Of a stretch of 64,000 nucleotides of DNA, positions 43,889 through 52,906 are shown one piece after another (the first letter of the stretch is position 1; each line of letters opens with the position of its first letter). The notes under the pieces are model-generated. The model was not told the DNA's origin, did no database searches, and was given only the letters and a program-made list of their open reading frames with translations. The position numbers were made by a program, and so were the translations under genes. The stretch spans positions 384,001 through 448,000 of the forward strand of contig CAXXFL010000001.1 in assembly GCA_963674965.2 (NCBI GenBank), in the 5' to 3' direction. The stretch is from a bacterium. GTDB lineage: Bacteria > RBG-13-61-14 > DATKZS01.

Positions 43889-44332
43889 ATGGTAAAAGTT
43901 GATAATATCGATATAATAGAGCACAAAATTGGTCGCTGGCATCCTGGCGACCTCGCTATAGTCACTAAGTTTAGCTATATGAGTATTACAGAATCATCAG
44001 AATCGAAATTTATAATAGAATCATTGTTTCAAAAGAAGGATAGATCACGGCACACTTGGCCTTCAAAACAAGGCAAATGGTATTTTGTCATTATCCAGTT
44101 TACTGGAATATCAAATTTGAATATTACTGGAATTGGTGACTCTCCCAAACAAGTTATGGGTTTTGATATACTAGATATATCTAATCAAGGATGGGAAGGA
44201 ATAAATTTCCACATTGAAGATTATGAAGATGGAGTGATTGAGTTTTATTGTAAGAATATCCGGATTCTTTCCGTGGAGAAATATCATGGAAATAAAGAGT
44301 TCATAGAATTACGGTTGCGGAATGATGTATAA
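43889..44332 (+). CDS. Probable cognate immunity protein (Imm50-like)
   Basis: Directly follows the toxin, with a GGAGG RBS; FTGISNLNI...DISNQGWEGINFHIEDYEDGVIEFYC; low GC. Confidence 0.7.
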   Translation: MVKVDNIDIIEHKIGRWHPGDLAIVTKFSYMSITESSESKFIIESLFQKKDRSRHTWPSKQGKWYFVIIQFTGISNLNITGIGDSPKQVMGFDILDISNQGWEGINFHIEDYEDGVIEFYCKNIRILSVEKYHGNKEFIELRLRNDV

Positions 44333-44376
44333 TGCAGACCCACAGAATCGAGGACGGCACTTTAACGGGCCGAACA

Positions 44377-44889
44377 ATGAACATTATGACTACTAATCAT
44401 AATTTACGGGATTTCTACGACCCTAGGCATGGAATATATGTATTGTATTTACATGGGGCAACCTGCTCGCTATTGTCGCATTTGCTGTCTCCGAAAATGC
44501 CTTATATTTTTTTTGATCGTCATGGGCCAATCTACTCAGCCGAATGGAGTAACCATCCAGTTGTGTTCAGCAAGAAAGGGACTCAATATGCCGCGGAAAT
44601 TAAAGCGATGTCATTCGATTTTCGAATGTTAACTAACGAGTTTCTAGAAATTCTGGATGAATTTGAAAAGTGTGGCATTCTGTTGTACCAAAGCAATAAA
44701 GAATTCCCACACAATTTCCAGGTAGATACAATTGAGGGATGCGGCGCGAAACTAATGCGAGAAAACGGCATCATTAGTGGTTTTTATCTGCCACATGAAG
44801 AGGAGACTGCACAATTCATGTCATTTGATGAGGAGCATTTTTCTAGGATATTAAAAAACCCCGTCATCGTAGATAAAATGTTTTGCTGA
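44377..44889 (+). CDS. Hypothetical protein, paralog of 45000-45548 (possible orphan immunity)
   Basis: Aligns by eye with the next ORF (FYD...GIY.L, LLS.LLSP..PYIF, FDF.M.T.EFL.ILDEF); start uncertain (44332, 44377 or 44386). Confidence 0.7.
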   Translation: MNIMTTNHNLRDFYDPRHGIYVLYLHGATCSLLSHLLSPKMPYIFFDRHGPIYSAEWSNHPVVFSKKGTQYAAEIKAMSFDFRMLTNEFLEILDEFEKCGILLYQSNKEFPHNFQVDTIEGCGAKLMRENGIISGFYLPHEEETAQFMSFDEEHFSRILKNPVIVDKMFC

Positions 44890-44999
44890 TAAACGGCGGG
44901 TATTGTTTGGAAACGGAGAATTATCGGTTCTCAGGGCTAAGAGCAAAGGATGATTAATTTCATTCAAGAAGGAAAAACCGAGTGAGGTAGGCAATTATA

Positions 45000-45548
45000 A
45001 TGGTTTCCAGCCACAATATACAGAATTTCTACGATAAAGAAAAGGGTATCTATACTCTGGGTTTGGAGAGTGCTTCCTGCTTACTTCTATCGTATCTGCT
45101 GTCACCGGCGATCCCATATATTTTCGCCTACAGGTATAAGCCGAACGATATGTCCGAATGGTGGGAATGTCCGGTAATGTTGAGTAAGAAAGAAAAGCTA
45201 TACAGATTGGAAGTTAAGAGAATGGAATTCGATTTTCAAATGTCAACAGATGAGTTTCTGGACATTCTGGATGAATTTGGAAAGTCAGGAATAGAGATAT
45301 TCCAAAGCAATAATAAAATCCCGTCTACTTTGGCAATATACACAATTAACGAGAACTCTTTGCTTAGAGTGTTGCGGCACAATGGAATTACGAGTCGATT
45401 TTATCTACCAAACTATCATGGGGAGGCAACATTTTGGACATTTGATAAAGAGCATTTTTCAAACATTTTGGAAAACCCCGCTATTTCAGACCGAATATTA
45501 GAATGTAATCCACAGATATGTAATGAGAAAAAGGAGACGTCGAGATGA
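45000..45548 (+). CDS. Hypothetical protein, paralog of 44377-44889 (possible orphan immunity)
   Basis: Same shared motifs; GAGGT RBS; low GC. Confidence 0.7.
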   Translation: MVSSHNIQNFYDKEKGIYTLGLESASCLLLSYLLSPAIPYIFAYRYKPNDMSEWWECPVMLSKKEKLYRLEVKRMEFDFQMSTDEFLDILDEFGKSGIEIFQSNNKIPSTLAIYTINENSLLRVLRHNGITSRFYLPNYHGEATFWTFDKEHFSNILENPAISDRILECNPQICNEKKETSR

Positions 45549-45800
45549 GAAGAAAGCAAGGCATGCCGGAGCTTGTTTACTGGGGATTGTAGGGTATTAA
45601 CTCGCGGGGGGTCGCGCTTGTGTTCTGCTGGTTATGCGTCGTCGCGGGAATAGTCGGGACGATTTACGGATTCATAGACCCCAGAGCTTTCGCCGGGATC
45701 GGATTGTTCCTTGCCGCCGGATGGTACTACTATGCAATCAAATGGGTTGACGCTAACTCGTCGTGGGACGATTAAGCCGTATTCGCCGGTTATTTTATAC

Positions 45801-46155
45801 CGCATGGTGGCCCCTGCTTTTTCTAAAAAATACATGGGCGGCCTAGCCGCGGGCTGAGTATTATTTCATTCAGAAGTAAGCACGCAATATGTTATTTTAT
45901 TCCATTTGAACGGTGTGTTTATGTGGCTATCGGCGTCGGAGACGCTCAGCCCGTTCGCTTCGCTCACCCACGCAAAACGAGTGGGTGGCGCGGATAGCTC
46001 GCCTATCCGCGCGGCGTAAGCCGTTGGATTCTTATGTAAGCGCCCGGCGGACCGTAGCCTTTTTCCCGCGCCTTCGGCGCCCAGATAGCGGAGCTATCCG
46101 GGCCACCCCGGTTTGGCGTCGCGGGGTGACCCGCCCTGTTGCGAAAGAAACCGCG
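45801..46155. repeat. Repeat cluster: inverted copies of A (45801-45862), D (45983-46023) and B (46124-46155)
   Basis: Each segment matches the reverse complement of elements at 33906, 38220 and 34010. Confidence 0.75.
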
Positions 46156-46280
46156 TGATAGGCCACCCCCGCCCGGGTAACCACGGTCCCACCCCCCAAC
46201 CGCCGGCCCGGCATGATGATCGGCCAAAAATAGAGCGGCGAAGGATTTCTCCCCCGCCGCTCGGCCGAGTCGCGTCGGCG

Positions 46281-48194
46281 TTACTTGTTCGGGTTGGGAT
46301 GGCACGTGGCGCAAAGGGGAAGCTCGGGCTTGCCCAGTTCGGCGGCCTTTTCCTCGTGGCATGAGACGCAATTACCGTGCATGGCGTCCTTGTAGCTTAG
46401 CGTGGCGAAGTTGACCTTTTGAGAGGGCGAGGCGCCTGGCCACATCTGCTGGTGACATTCCTGGCAGTTCTTGGCGTTCACGGGGTTTTTGTCCGCGGGA
46501 TGGCACTCGACGCAGCCGTCGTTTCCTCCGAACTCTCTCTGGTGCATTTTATGGTCGAAGGCCGAGCCCTGGCTGTACATGTCGTTATGGCAAGCGGCGC
46601 AGGAGGACGCGAAATCGTCGGGCACGTTCATATGATGGCACTCGACGCAGCCGTCTTTTCCGCCCGTCCTTTCCTTGTGTTTCTCGTGGTTGAAGAGCAC
46701 GAACTCCTTGTCCTGGTTGCCGTCCACTCGGAGCACGTCTCCCTTCCCCTCGACGTCCGCTTTGGCCGGCCTCACCGGAACGGGGTCATTCTTATAGCCG
46801 AAGATGGCCTCGGAGGGCAGAGCCGCCAGAGTGGCGGCCAGGCCGAGCACCAGCAGGATCGAGTACTTCCTGACGCCGGCGTTCAGCGGGTCGCCCAGCC
46901 AAATCCTCGTTCCTCTCGAGAACTCGGCCTTTTGGAAGGGCTCCCAATTCACGAACCATCTTTGCATGAAAAGCTCGTAAGTCCCGGTCATGACCCCGCG
47001 CGGGGTTTTTCCCTCCTCGCAGGCCGCCAGGCGGTCGTCGCAGGTCTCGAGGTCGCAGGCGTTGCCCACGGTCATTCGCTCGGGGAAGACCTCGAGGTTC
47101 TCGACGAAGTACATGAAGACCAGGCCCAGTCCGCTCACTATGCCCACGCTGACCATGATCTCGATCATGCTGGGGAAGTAGGACATGCCCGGCCATTTCT
47201 TCATGGTAATAAGAGCTATGTCCAGGCGGTACATGACCATGCCCAGGACCACCATGACGGCGGCCAGGAAAATCATCGAGCCCCTCTTTCTGTTTTTGGG
47301 AACGGCCAGGATGGCCGCCGGTATTATGGCGCTGAAGGACAACTCGAACAGGAACAGCCAGCTTTGCCATGACCCGTCCAGGCCCCCGGGAAGGACCCCG
47401 CGGGAGAAAAGGTCGCTCACCCGCAGGACCACGTAAAGCCCGAGAACGATGGCGCCGTAGCCCGCCAGGGAGCCGGTAAGCTCCTTTCTTGGCTCGTGCT
47501 TGTAAATCCAGGCCGAGACGAAATGCTCGGTGATGACCATCATGAAGCCCAGGGCGATGGCGGACACGAAGAAGTTAAGCGGCAGCATGAGCCCGGGGCT
47601 GTACCAGAGCGGATGGACGCGGAGGGGCATGATCACGAACAGGGACCCGAGAGAGCTTTGGTGCAGGGTCGAGAGCATGATGCCCAACAGCACAAGGGGA
47701 ATGGTGAGGGTCTTGAGCAGCTTGTATATCTTCTGGAGAGGTCCCCATTGGGCCAGCTTGTGCTCGAGGGCCGTGGGCGCGAACTCGAGGGCCAGCACGT
47801 TAAGGTAGAGGATAACGCAGGTGGCCACCTCGAAGAGCACGGAACGGTGCTGCCAGTAGACCATGGGATGCCAGATGTTGTACCAAAGCCCCAGGTCGAA
47901 CATGAGGCCGATGGCCACGGCCAGGTAGCCCAGGAAAGCCGTCAGCACGGCCGCCCGAACGAAGGGCCGAAACCTCTCGATCCTGAAGATATAGACCAGG
48001 GCCGCCATGACGAAGCCGCCCGCGGCCAGGGCCACGCCTGCCATGACGTCGAAGCCGATCCAGAAGCCCCAGGGAGTCGAGTCCGTCAGGTTGGTGGTCG
48101 CTCCCAGCCCCCGCGTGAACCGGCTTAAGGCCACCATGACGGCCATGCCGGTGAAAAGCCATAAAACGGTCTTGACCGCGTTGCGCCTATTCAT
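46281..48194 (-). CDS. NrfD/HybB/HmcC-like membrane subunit fused to a hexaheme class III-like cytochrome c
   Basis: PWGFWIGFDVMAGVALAAGGF, LSTLHQSSLG; C-terminal CVECH, CAACH, CVECH, CQECH, CVSCH, CATCH with FNHEKH/FDHKMH. Confidence 0.9.
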   Translation of the reverse strand: MNRRNAVKTVLWLFTGMAVMVALSRFTRGLGATTNLTDSTPWGFWIGFDVMAGVALAAGGFVMAALVYIFRIERFRPFVRAAVLTAFLGYLAVAIGLMFDLGLWYNIWHPMVYWQHRSVLFEVATCVILYLNVLALEFAPTALEHKLAQWGPLQKIYKLLKTLTIPLVLLGIMLSTLHQSSLGSLFVIMPLRVHPLWYSPGLMLPLNFFVSAIALGFMMVITEHFVSAWIYKHEPRKELTGSLAGYGAIVLGLYVVLRVSDLFSRGVLPGGLDGSWQSWLFLFELSFSAIIPAAILAVPKNRKRGSMIFLAAVMVVLGMVMYRLDIALITMKKWPGMSYFPSMIEIMVSVGIVSGLGLVFMYFVENLEVFPERMTVGNACDLETCDDRLAACEEGKTPRGVMTGTYELFMQRWFVNWEPFQKAEFSRGTRIWLGDPLNAGVRKYSILLVLGLAATLAALPSEAIFGYKNDPVPVRPAKADVEGKGDVLRVDGNQDKEFVLFNHEKHKERTGGKDGCVECHHMNVPDDFASSCAACHNDMYSQGSAFDHKMHQREFGGNDGCVECHPADKNPVNAKNCQECHQQMWPGASPSQKVNFATLSYKDAMHGNCVSCHEEKAAELGKPELPLCATCHPNPNK

Positions 48195-49020
48195 CGGAAC
48201 TCTCCTTGTCTTCAGCGCATTTTTCCTCGGCGGCCACCTTGTCCCTGGCCGCCTGGATTTCCGCTTCAGCCTCGGTCATGGCGACCTCGCGCCTGCGGCC
48301 GGTAATCCAGTAAACGCTTCCCATTAAAACGCCCATGCCGATGAACTCGAAGGGGACCTTCTTCAAAACGCCCCAGGTCAGGTCGGGAAGCGGCTTCTCG
48401 GGCATCTTGTCCGACCAGCCCAGGAAACCCAGGTCCACGCCCTTCGGCGCCAGGTAGATGACGCCGGTCCCGCCTACTTCCTTCTCCCCGTAAATATGCG
48501 GGTTGTACTTGTCGGGATTCTTTTTGATCCGGTCCCTCGCCTCGGCCAGAAGCTCGTCGCGGTCCCAGAAGAAAACGGTCGCGCCCTCGGGGCACGCCTC
48601 GGTGCAGGCGGGCTGCTTCTTTTGCTGAATCCTGTTGTCGTAACACATTTTGCACTTCTTGATGACCGGAAGCGCGTCCTCCCAGCTATAGCGCGGAATG
48701 GCGTAGGGGCAGGCCATCATGCAGTAGCGGCAGCCCATGCACTTCCCGGCGTCGTACACCACCGGGCCTTCCTCGGTCTTGGTAAGCGCCCCCACGATGC
48801 AGGCCGACACGCAGGCCGGCTCGTCGCAATGCCTGCACTGCTTTCTCACGTAGCTTTGTTTGGGGGCCGGTACAACCGAGCACCAGCGGTTGGACCCCAG
48901 CCCGTCGCCGTTCTGGCGCCGGTTGGGCACGTGCTCGCCCAGGCCGTTTTCCTCGACGCAGGCCGAGACGCATTTATTGCAGCCTATGCACTTGGTCACG
49001 TCTGTGAGTATGCCAATCAT
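48187..49020 (-). CDS. HybA/HmcB-like 4x[4Fe-4S] ferredoxin with a C-terminal TM anchor
   Basis: KCIGCNKCVSAC, CRHCDEPACVSAC, CMGCRYCMMACP, KCKMC...PACTEACP, YGEKEVGGT. Confidence 0.9.
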   Translation of the reverse strand: MIGILTDVTKCIGCNKCVSACVEENGLGEHVPNRRQNGDGLGSNRWCSVVPAPKQSYVRKQCRHCDEPACVSACIVGALTKTEEGPVVYDAGKCMGCRYCMMACPYAIPRYSWEDALPVIKKCKMCYDNRIQQKKQPACTEACPEGATVFFWDRDELLAEARDRIKKNPDKYNPHIYGEKEVGGTGVIYLAPKGVDLGFLGWSDKMPEKPLPDLTWGVLKKVPFEFIGMGVLMGSVYWITGRRREVAMTEAEAEIQAARDKVAAEEKCAEDKESSDE

Positions 49021-49730
49021 ATCGGACGTACCTCCTTTCGGCTTATGGTAAGGGCGACCTCCTCGCCCGCCCGGGCGGGGAATTTCCAGCCAAGCTCACC
49101 GGAGAAGCGAAGCACCGGATATATGGCCACGTGCGCCAGCTTGGTGAAGGGCATAAGGATGAGGGCCGCGTCCGCCGCCAGAACGTGGATCACCATGCTC
49201 GAGGTGTAGCTGATCGGGTTCCAGGGACGGCTCGCTATAAAGCCCGCCGCGAAAATCACGATGATAAGAAGAAGCAAAGCGTAATCCTGGAACTTGGAAA
49301 GTGGCCGCGCCGTTTTCGAGGCCAGCCTGCTTACCACCAGGCCCGCGGCCGCTAAAATGGTGACGAGCGTCAGAGCGTCGGCCGTTCCCTTCGAGACCGA
49401 GGGCGGGATAAAGCCAAGCCCCAGCCCGGCTTTCCAGAGCAGGGCGTGGTCGAGCAGGAGAAGGGGCGTGACGATAACGCCCACGTGCATGATGAAGCTC
49501 AGAAAGCCGTGAATCTTTCTCGAGTTGGTAAAGAGGTTCTTGACCGGGACCATCCATCCCGCGGTGGTCTTGCCCATCTGGGACCAGGGCAGGTTCTTGT
49601 CGTTGGCCCGGTAGTAGGCGAACGACGCGCCGTAAAGCCCCAGTATCAACTCCCGGAGCAGCCCCAGGGCCGCCACCATAACGGCGAACCTGAATACGGG
49701 GCCTCGCAAAGTTAAAAGCCATTCCTCCAT
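49017..49730 (-). CDS. NarI/HmcE/DsrM-like cytochrome b subunit (copy 2)
   Basis: About 5 TM helices; His in FIMHVG, LDHALLW, IHVLA, PFTKLAH. Confidence 0.82.
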   Translation of the reverse strand: MEEWLLTLRGPVFRFAVMVAALGLLRELILGLYGASFAYYRANDKNLPWSQMGKTTAGWMVPVKNLFTNSRKIHGFLSFIMHVGVIVTPLLLLDHALLWKAGLGLGFIPPSVSKGTADALTLVTILAAAGLVVSRLASKTARPLSKFQDYALLLLIIVIFAAGFIASRPWNPISYTSSMVIHVLAADAALILMPFTKLAHVAIYPVLRFSGELGWKFPARAGEEVALTISRKEVRPI

Positions 49731-49780
49731 GTTTTTCCCCCTTGATCGGTCGAATCTTTTCCTAAGCCCCGGGCCGCGGC

Positions 49781-50608
49781 CTAAATGGGGCGTACTTCCT
49801 TGTTGCTGACGGTCAGGGCAACTTCCTCGCCCGCCCGGGACGGGAACTTCCAGCCCAGCTCTCCCGAGAACTTGAGGACCGGATACAAGACTATGTGGGA
49901 GAGCTTGGTAAAGGGCGTGAGAAGAAGCAACAGGTCACCGGCCAGGACGTGAATAATCATCGTTCCTTCCCAACTGACGGGGTTCCAGGGACGGCTGGCC
50001 GAGTAGCCCGAGAGGAAGATAACCATGATCATGAAAAGAAGCGCGTAGTCCTGGAAGGTCGAGAGCGTCCGCGCCGTTCTCGAGGCGATCCTTTTAACGA
50101 CGAGGCTCACCGCCATGACGATGGTCACGATGGTCAGAAAATTGGCCAACGTCTGGGGAAGCGCGGGCGGCCTTACGCCGATCGACTTTTCCCACAGAAG
50201 TAGATGATCGAGCAGCAGAAGAGGAACTATCACCACGCCCAGGTGCAGGAAAAATGAAAGGGCCGTATGAATCTTCCCGTGACCCTTGAAAGTATCTTTC
50301 CCTTTTTCCATGTACTCGCCGGCCAGGGGCCCGAGAAAACCCAACTTGCCTGCGCCCCTTTCCCGTTGGCTTTTGAATTCCCTGCCCGCGTCGGCCATGA
50401 ATTCCCTCGACATCCTCGCCGCCGGCAGGGTCCATCCGAAGACCCTCCTCCACATCTGGTCCCAGGGAAGGTCTTTATCGTTGGCCCGGCGATAAGCCAA
50501 AGCCGCGCCGTAAACCCCGATAAAAAGCTCCCTCGCCAGCCCCAGAACGGCCACAGCCAGCGCGAACCTGAAAACGGGTCCTTTCAGAACCCAGAGCCAT
50601 GCTTCCAT
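49781..50608 (-). CDS. NarI/HmcE/DsrM-like cytochrome b subunit (copy 1, with ~38-aa insert)
   Basis: Paralog of 49017-49730; both end FSGELGWKFP.RAGEEVALT.S.KEVRPI. Confidence 0.82.
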   Translation of the reverse strand: MEAWLWVLKGPVFRFALAVAVLGLARELFIGVYGAALAYRRANDKDLPWDQMWRRVFGWTLPAARMSREFMADAGREFKSQRERGAGKLGFLGPLAGEYMEKGKDTFKGHGKIHTALSFFLHLGVVIVPLLLLDHLLLWEKSIGVRPPALPQTLANFLTIVTIVMAVSLVVKRIASRTARTLSTFQDYALLFMIMVIFLSGYSASRPWNPVSWEGTMIIHVLAGDLLLLLTPFTKLSHIVLYPVLKFSGELGWKFPSRAGEEVALTVSNKEVRPI

Positions 50609-50624
50609 GCGACTTACCCCGCCC

Positions 50625-52025
50625 TTACTTGTCGATGATGATGGCGCGAAGTATCTGGTCGTGAAGCCCGGTCTTGCGCATGGGCAACTCGTAAAAGTCG
50701 ATAAGCTCCTCGACCTGCTTCTTGCAGTTGGCGCAGGGAGCTATCACCAGCTCGGCGCCCGTCTCGCGCATCTGGTCGGCTTTCCTTTTTCCGGCCACCA
50801 TCATGCGGAACTCGTGTATCTCGTCGATGCTGACCGTTCCTCCTCCGCCGCCGCAGCAGTAGTTGTATTTGCCGTTGGGGGTCATGTCCACGAAGTTCTT
50901 GGCCATGGCCCTGATGATCTCGCGGGGCTGATCGACGATCTTGCCCGCCCGAGCGATGTTGCAAGGGTCGTGATAGGTTATCTTCTCGGTCACCACGTCG
51001 GGCTTCAGCTTGAGATTTCCCTTCACCAGCTGATCGTGGGCGTACTCCATGCAGTTTATGACCGGAATGTTCCTGGTCTCGTTGAAAGTGGGGCCGAACC
51101 AGGCCGAGCGCGTGGCGTGCCCGCATTCGCCGATGAACACGTATTTGCCTTTCAGCTTCCTGGTCTGCTCGAGTTCCATTCTCACCACCCGTCCCAGGAT
51201 GTAGTCGCTGTAGAAAAGCCCGTAGTTGATGCCGTCGTAATCGGTGGTGCCGATGGTCCAGTTCCCGTTCGTGGCGTGCATGACCGCCGCGTTGCCCATC
51301 AGAGTGTCGGCCTCGAGCAGGTAGTCGGAAACGGCGGGGAAAAACACGTAATCGGCGCCTTCCCGGTCCACGGGAAACTTGATGGGTATGCCGAACATGT
51401 CCATCAATTCCTCCTCGAGGAACTCGAGGGTATCCATCAGGGCCGGCACCGGTATGGCCGAGGTATTGGCCGTCTTGCCGTCAACCTGCTCCCTGGTCGC
51501 GACCAGAAGGGCCTTGGGGATGATGTCTATCTCGGAGAGCACGTAGCGGGCGAGGTGGGTAATGAGGCCGTGGTCCACCCCCATGGGACAAAAAAGGTTA
51601 CAGCGACGGCAGGCCGTACAGCGGTAATAATCGTCCGCCATCCGGTCGATGTCCTCCTCGGTGATTCCGCCGTCGCCCAGGACCTTGGCCTTGAGCCAGC
51701 CGTTCAGCGTGAAGTGGCGGCGGTAAACGTCGAGAAGAAGGCTCGAGCGCTCGCAGGGGATGTCCCTCGACTCACCGGTTGCCTGGTAGACCGGACAAGC
51801 CGTGGCGCAGCGCCCGCAATGGGTGCTGACCTTGCTCATCATGTCGATGGCGAACCGGTAGTTGGTGTGCTGAAGTATGGCCGCGAAAGCGTCCAGGAAC
51901 CTCGTTACCAGGTCGCCCTTGGGCTGGGCGTCAAGGAAATAGGCGTACTTTTTCTTGCGCTCTATCTCCTGGGGAGCGATTTTTATTTTTTCCTCGACCA
52001 CCTTGTTTGCGGTTTGCGCGTCCAT
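50625..52025 (-). CDS. HmcF/DsrK/HdrD-like Fe-S protein with a CCG domain
   Basis: CTACRRCNLFCPMG, GECGH, YHDPCNIAR, CCGGGGG, APCANC. Confidence 0.88.
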   Translation of the reverse strand: MDAQTANKVVEEKIKIAPQEIERKKKYAYFLDAQPKGDLVTRFLDAFAAILQHTNYRFAIDMMSKVSTHCGRCATACPVYQATGESRDIPCERSSLLLDVYRRHFTLNGWLKAKVLGDGGITEEDIDRMADDYYRCTACRRCNLFCPMGVDHGLITHLARYVLSEIDIIPKALLVATREQVDGKTANTSAIPVPALMDTLEFLEEELMDMFGIPIKFPVDREGADYVFFPAVSDYLLEADTLMGNAAVMHATNGNWTIGTTDYDGINYGLFYSDYILGRVVRMELEQTRKLKGKYVFIGECGHATRSAWFGPTFNETRNIPVINCMEYAHDQLVKGNLKLKPDVVTEKITYHDPCNIARAGKIVDQPREIIRAMAKNFVDMTPNGKYNYCCGGGGGTVSIDEIHEFRMMVAGKRKADQMRETGAELVIAPCANCKKQVEELIDFYELPMRKTGLHDQILRAIIIDK

Positions 52026-52906
52026 TACATGTTCCCCCTATTGGCTTTTTCGTAAACTTCCAGGGCGCCGTCGCTCAGAATCACCGCGCTGGGCGCCTTG
52101 CTTAACCTGTTAAACGCGGCGTGAAAAGCCGGACAAAATCCCATGAAGATCACCAGGTCGCATCCGGCCTGGTTGAGCATAAGGGCCTGCTTCTCGGGCT
52201 CGCAGGGCTGGTTCCCTCTATCGCCGGCCGGCCCCGGCTTGTGACAGTCGGCGGGACAGGCGGCGGCCACCACGTCCACGCCGCGCCCCAGCTTGTCGGC
52301 CATCCGTTTCGCGCCCTCGGCCATGCCCGAGCAATAGGCCAGCCCCACTCGCTTCAAGTCCCTGTTGGACAGGTACTCGGGTATTTCCTCGATGGAGCAG
52401 ATGGGAGAGAGGGACACCTCGGCCAGATAGCCGGCCGCGCCGATGGTCGCTCCCGAGAGTCCCTCGGACCCGACCTGGAAGGGATTGCACCAGGCCCGTC
52501 CGCTCGGCGAGCGTGTCGCCGCCGCCTCGACGGCCTGGGGGCGGTCCTTGGGAGTCGAGGCCGCGCCCTTGGGACCATAACCGTACCAGGGCTGGAGCCT
52601 GCCCTCGGCGAAGGCATGAAGAACTTCCTCGGCCTCGCCCGCCACGTTGCAGATAACTTTGATGCCGTAGTCGTTGAGTAGTTTGCTGAGCTCGGGCGAG
52701 ATGCCGCCGCAGACGATCACGTCCACCTCGAGGTCGAGAAGTTGCTCGAGCCAGCGGTATTCGTCGAGGTTCTCGGTGGACACGGTCCTTGACATATGCA
52801 CCTCGCCCTCCGTTACGCTCACCACCAGCATGGACGATGCAAAAAGGCATCTCGGGGCAACCCGGGACCCGAAAAGAGGTATTGCACATGTAGCGTCTAC
52901 TTTCAT
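52025..52906 (-). CDS. NifB/NifX-like domain + DUF1847-like metal-binding domain protein
   Basis: AIPLFGSRVAPR...VDVIVCGGI; C-terminal VGLAYCSG, CEPEKQALMLNQAG...GFCPAFH; start set at ATG 52906. Confidence 0.7.
   Translation of the reverse strand: MKVDATCAIPLFGSRVAPRCLFASSMLVVSVTEGEVHMSRTVSTENLDEYRWLEQLLDLEVDVIVCGGISPELSKLLNDYGIKVICNVAGEAEEVLHAFAEGRLQPWYGYGPKGAASTPKDRPQAVEAAATRSPSGRAWCNPFQVGSEGLSGATIGAAGYLAEVSLSPICSIEEIPEYLSNRDLKRVGLAYCSGMAEGAKRMADKLGRGVDVVAAACPADCHKPGPAGDRGNQPCEPEKQALMLNQAGCDLVIFMGFCPAFHAAFNRLSKAPSAVILSDGALEVYEKANRGNM

Noticed and set aside
33906-46155. Single composite transposon bounded by terminal inverted repeats
   Set aside because: The inverted copies are not in mirror order, there is no transposase inside, no target duplication was seen, and the interior includes host-like metabolic genes.
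46281-52025. Calling the redox operon dsrMKJOP or hmcABCDEF
   Set aside because: Gene order and composition differ (no triheme DsrJ, no separate HmcA, duplicated cytochrome b), so no gene symbols were assigned.
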